Assembly (NCBI GenBank): GCA_963783375.1
Contig: CAWANH010000029.1
Span: 1,344,001 to 1,408,000 of the forward strand
Direction: 5' to 3'
DNA from: Candidatus Eiseniibacteriota bacterium
GTDB taxonomy: Bacteria; Eisenbacteria; RBG-16-71-46; JABDJR01
Length of the DNA stretch: 64,000 nucleotides
A model generated the notes under the pieces. It made no database searches, was not told the DNA's origin, and saw only the letters and a list, made by a program, of their open reading frames with translations. Shown one piece after another: positions 61,791 through 64,000 of this stretch; the stretch's first letter is position 1, and each line of letters opens with the position of its first letter. Position numbers and translations under genes: made by a program.

Positions 61791-63962
61791 ATGAACGTGG
61801 ACGAAACCGGGGCGACGAAGGCGGCCCGCGACCGCGAGCTGGAAGCGCTCTATGCCCAGCTCACCACCAGCGCGGCCCGTCTCATGGTGGTGCACGAAGC
61901 CGGGAACATCCTGAGCTCCACCCACGATGCCGAGGAGGTGGCCCGGGGGCTCCTGGACGTGATCGCCGAGGCGGCCTTCGCGGGGATCGGCTGCGTGGCG
62001 TCGATGGAGCGGGACGAGCTGAAGATCCTGGCCGCCCGCGGCCTCGAGGATCACGAGGTGGACGAGCTCTCCGCCGACCCCAACGAGGCCGCGATCTGGT
62101 TCGCGGTGGCCGACGGCGAGGGGCTCCGGCGGGCCGCCGATCTCGCCGCCGAGCTGGGTCTCGGAGGAGAGGCGGACGCGGGGGACGGCGCCGCCCCGAA
62201 AGACCGCGCCGCCCCGGAAGACGGTGCCGACGGGGAGGCGGACGCGGACACCGAGGCCTCGGAGGACGATGCGGACGACTGGGGGGATGACGGGACGACG
62301 GAGGTTACGGAAGACGGCGGCGACGCCGAGACGGGGGATGACGGCGCGGACGGCGACGCCTTGGAGGAAACCGCGGACGGCGGGGAAGACGACGACGCGG
62401 AGGCCCCCTCATCCGCCCCCCACTTCGACATCTACCTCCCCCTCCGGGTCGAGGATCGGAACCTGGGGGTGCTGGCCCTGGGGGCGCGGGTGGACCATGC
62501 CGCCTTCGGCGGCGACGACGAGGCCCTGGCCCGCTCGCTCTCCTCCCACCTGGCCCTGGCCCTGAACCACGCCTACCTCTTCGCCGAGCGCACCCGGCGG
62601 ATCGAGCAGTTGAACGCGCTCCTCAGGATCAGCCGGGAGCTCACCAGCACCCTGGACCTGGAGCGCGTGCTCTCGACGATTTCCCAGATGGTGGGCATGG
62701 TGGTCCCGAACCGTCGGACGGTGGTGGCGCTGGTCCCCGGAGGCAAGGTCGCCCTCCGCGGCAGCTCCGACCCGGACTTCAAGGTCAAGGAGGCCGGCCG
62801 GGATCCGTTCCTCCCCGTGCTCCGCTGGGTCCAGGGTTCGCGGCAAAGCCTCAACACCTGCCGCCAGCTCCTGGAAGACGACCCGGAAGCCGCGGGGCGG
62901 GACGTGCTGCTCCCGTGGCTCTCCGGCGCGGACGGCCCGCGCGGGCTCGCCGTCCTGCCGCTGGAAGACGACCAGGGCCCCCTGGGGCTTCTGGCCATGG
63001 AGACCGACGAGGACCGCCCGCCCCTGGATGACGACGACGAGGAGCTGGTGACCATCCTGGCCAACCAGACCACGGTGGCCATCCGAAACGCCGAGCTATA
63101 CCAGCAGGTCCCGATGATCGGCGTCCTGGAGCCGATGCTGGCCAAGGCGCGGCAGGTCAGCCGGGGGAACCACCGGAAGCTGGTGACCCGGGCCGCCGTC
63201 GCGGCGGTGCTTCTGGGGATCGGCTTCCTGGTGCCGCTTCCGAGCTGGGTGGCCGGCGACGCCGTGGTGCGCCCGGCCCGCCCGGTGGCGCTCCGGGCGG
63301 GGACCGAGGGCACGGTGGACGAGGTGCTGGTGCACGAGGGGGAGACGGTGCCGGCGGGAATGGTGGTGGCCCGGCTCCGCCGGGACGACCTGGAGGTCCG
63401 GCTCGCCGATACCCGGGCCGGCATCCGCCGGGCTGCGGCCGAAGGAGCGAGGGCCCGCGCCGAGGGGGATTTCGCCACCTACCGGGCCCGCCAGGCCGCC
63501 CTGACCGAGCTCCAGGCCACCGAGAGCTTCCTCACCGGACAGCTCGCGGCCACCGATCTCACCGCGACGGCGGCGGGGGTGATCCTCACCCCGGACGTGG
63601 AGCGCCTGCGGGGCATCCACCTGGAGCGCGGCGAGACCTTTCTCGACATGGCCGATCTCTCCACCATGGACGTGGAGGTCGGGGTTCCGGAGCAGGATCT
63701 CGGCTGGGTGGAGCCCGGGCGCGCCGCCCGGCTCAAGGTCCACGCCTTCCCCGGACGCACCTTCCGGGGAACGGTGGTCCGGATCGCCCCCAAGGCCGGT
63801 CCGGGAGGCGAGTTCCGGGTCACGGTCCGGGTCCCCAACCCGGAGGGGGCGCTTCGGCCGGGGATGACCGGACGCGCCCACCTGGCCGCGCCCGCGGAGC
63901 CGGTTCTCCGGAAGTGGCTCCGCCCCCTGGCCCGGCGGCTCCGGCTCAAGTTCTGGGTCTGA
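61791..63962 (+). CDS. Tandem GAF domains (acidic insert in the first) + TM + HlyD-like MFP
   Basis: LPLRVEDRNLGVL...ALNHAYLF; LPLEDDQGPLG...AIRNAELY; TM; V.EGETV; LRPGMTGRA. Confidence 0.88.
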   Translation: MNVDETGATKAARDRELEALYAQLTTSAARLMVVHEAGNILSSTHDAEEVARGLLDVIAEAAFAGIGCVASMERDELKILAARGLEDHEVDELSADPNEAAIWFAVADGEGLRRAADLAAELGLGGEADAGDGAAPKDRAAPEDGADGEADADTEASEDDADDWGDDGTTEVTEDGGDAETGDDGADGDALEETADGGEDDDAEAPSSAPHFDIYLPLRVEDRNLGVLALGARVDHAAFGGDDEALARSLSSHLALALNHAYLFAERTRRIEQLNALLRISRELTSTLDLERVLSTISQMVGMVVPNRRTVVALVPGGKVALRGSSDPDFKVKEAGRDPFLPVLRWVQGSRQSLNTCRQLLEDDPEAAGRDVLLPWLSGADGPRGLAVLPLEDDQGPLGLLAMETDEDRPPLDDDDEELVTILANQTTVAIRNAELYQQVPMIGVLEPMLAKARQVSRGNHRKLVTRAAVAAVLLGIGFLVPLPSWVAGDAVVRPARPVALRAGTEGTVDEVLVHEGETVPAGMVVARLRRDDLEVRLADTRAGIRRAAAEGARARAEGDFATYRARQAALTELQATESFLTGQLAATDLTATAAGVILTPDVERLRGIHLERGETFLDMADLSTMDVEVGVPEQDLGWVEPGRAARLKVHAFPGRTFRGTVVRIAPKAGPGGEFRVTVRVPNPEGALRPGMTGRAHLAAPAEPVLRKWLRPLARRLRLKFWV

Positions 63963-64000
63963 GATCGCCGGTTCCGAGGCGCCGCGACGGATCGCAGGGG

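Overview
Very GC-rich bacterial chromosomal segment, probably from a metagenome-assembled genome. The C-terminal 'TTWGxxKxxY' and FlgD-Ig-type tails suggest a Ca. Eisenbacteria/Krumholzibacteria/Latescibacteria-like lineage (inference). From left to right the window holds: (1) a cluster of paralogous secreted Cys-rich proteins with a repeat-rich spacer and a dockerin-like protein (1-6170); (2) tRNA-Val(TAC) at the end of a minus-strand operon yggS-punA-ileS-dksA-lspA-rluD-STAS-RsbW-ruvX-mltG-DUF3098; (3) an HD-GYP regulator, DJ-1, Fpg/Nei, a GT-C membrane protein, ALDH, thiD, iscA-ygfZ/TPR and infA; (4) a sugar-dehydrogenase-like propeller, M3 peptidase, APC permease and SAM methyltransferase; (5) a 2-oxoacid oxidoreductase operon with a gamma-GltD-delta fusion; (6) a large Ig-repeat surface protein; (7) a metal-uptake operon preceded by a CxxC/RAPP leader; and (8) an ATPase-less MFP / RRE-M50-MFP / GAF-MFP export cluster. 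Six genes carry apparent frameshifts, most likely assembly errors. The best candidates for new biology are the shared C-terminal W-x-x-x-K sorting-like tail, a possible cohesin/dockerin-like surface system, the RAPP leader, the M50/GAF/MFP cluster, an ATC-initiated IF-1 and a CDS whose stop codon lies inside the tRNA. All family assignments come from motif recognition by eye; no database searches were run.
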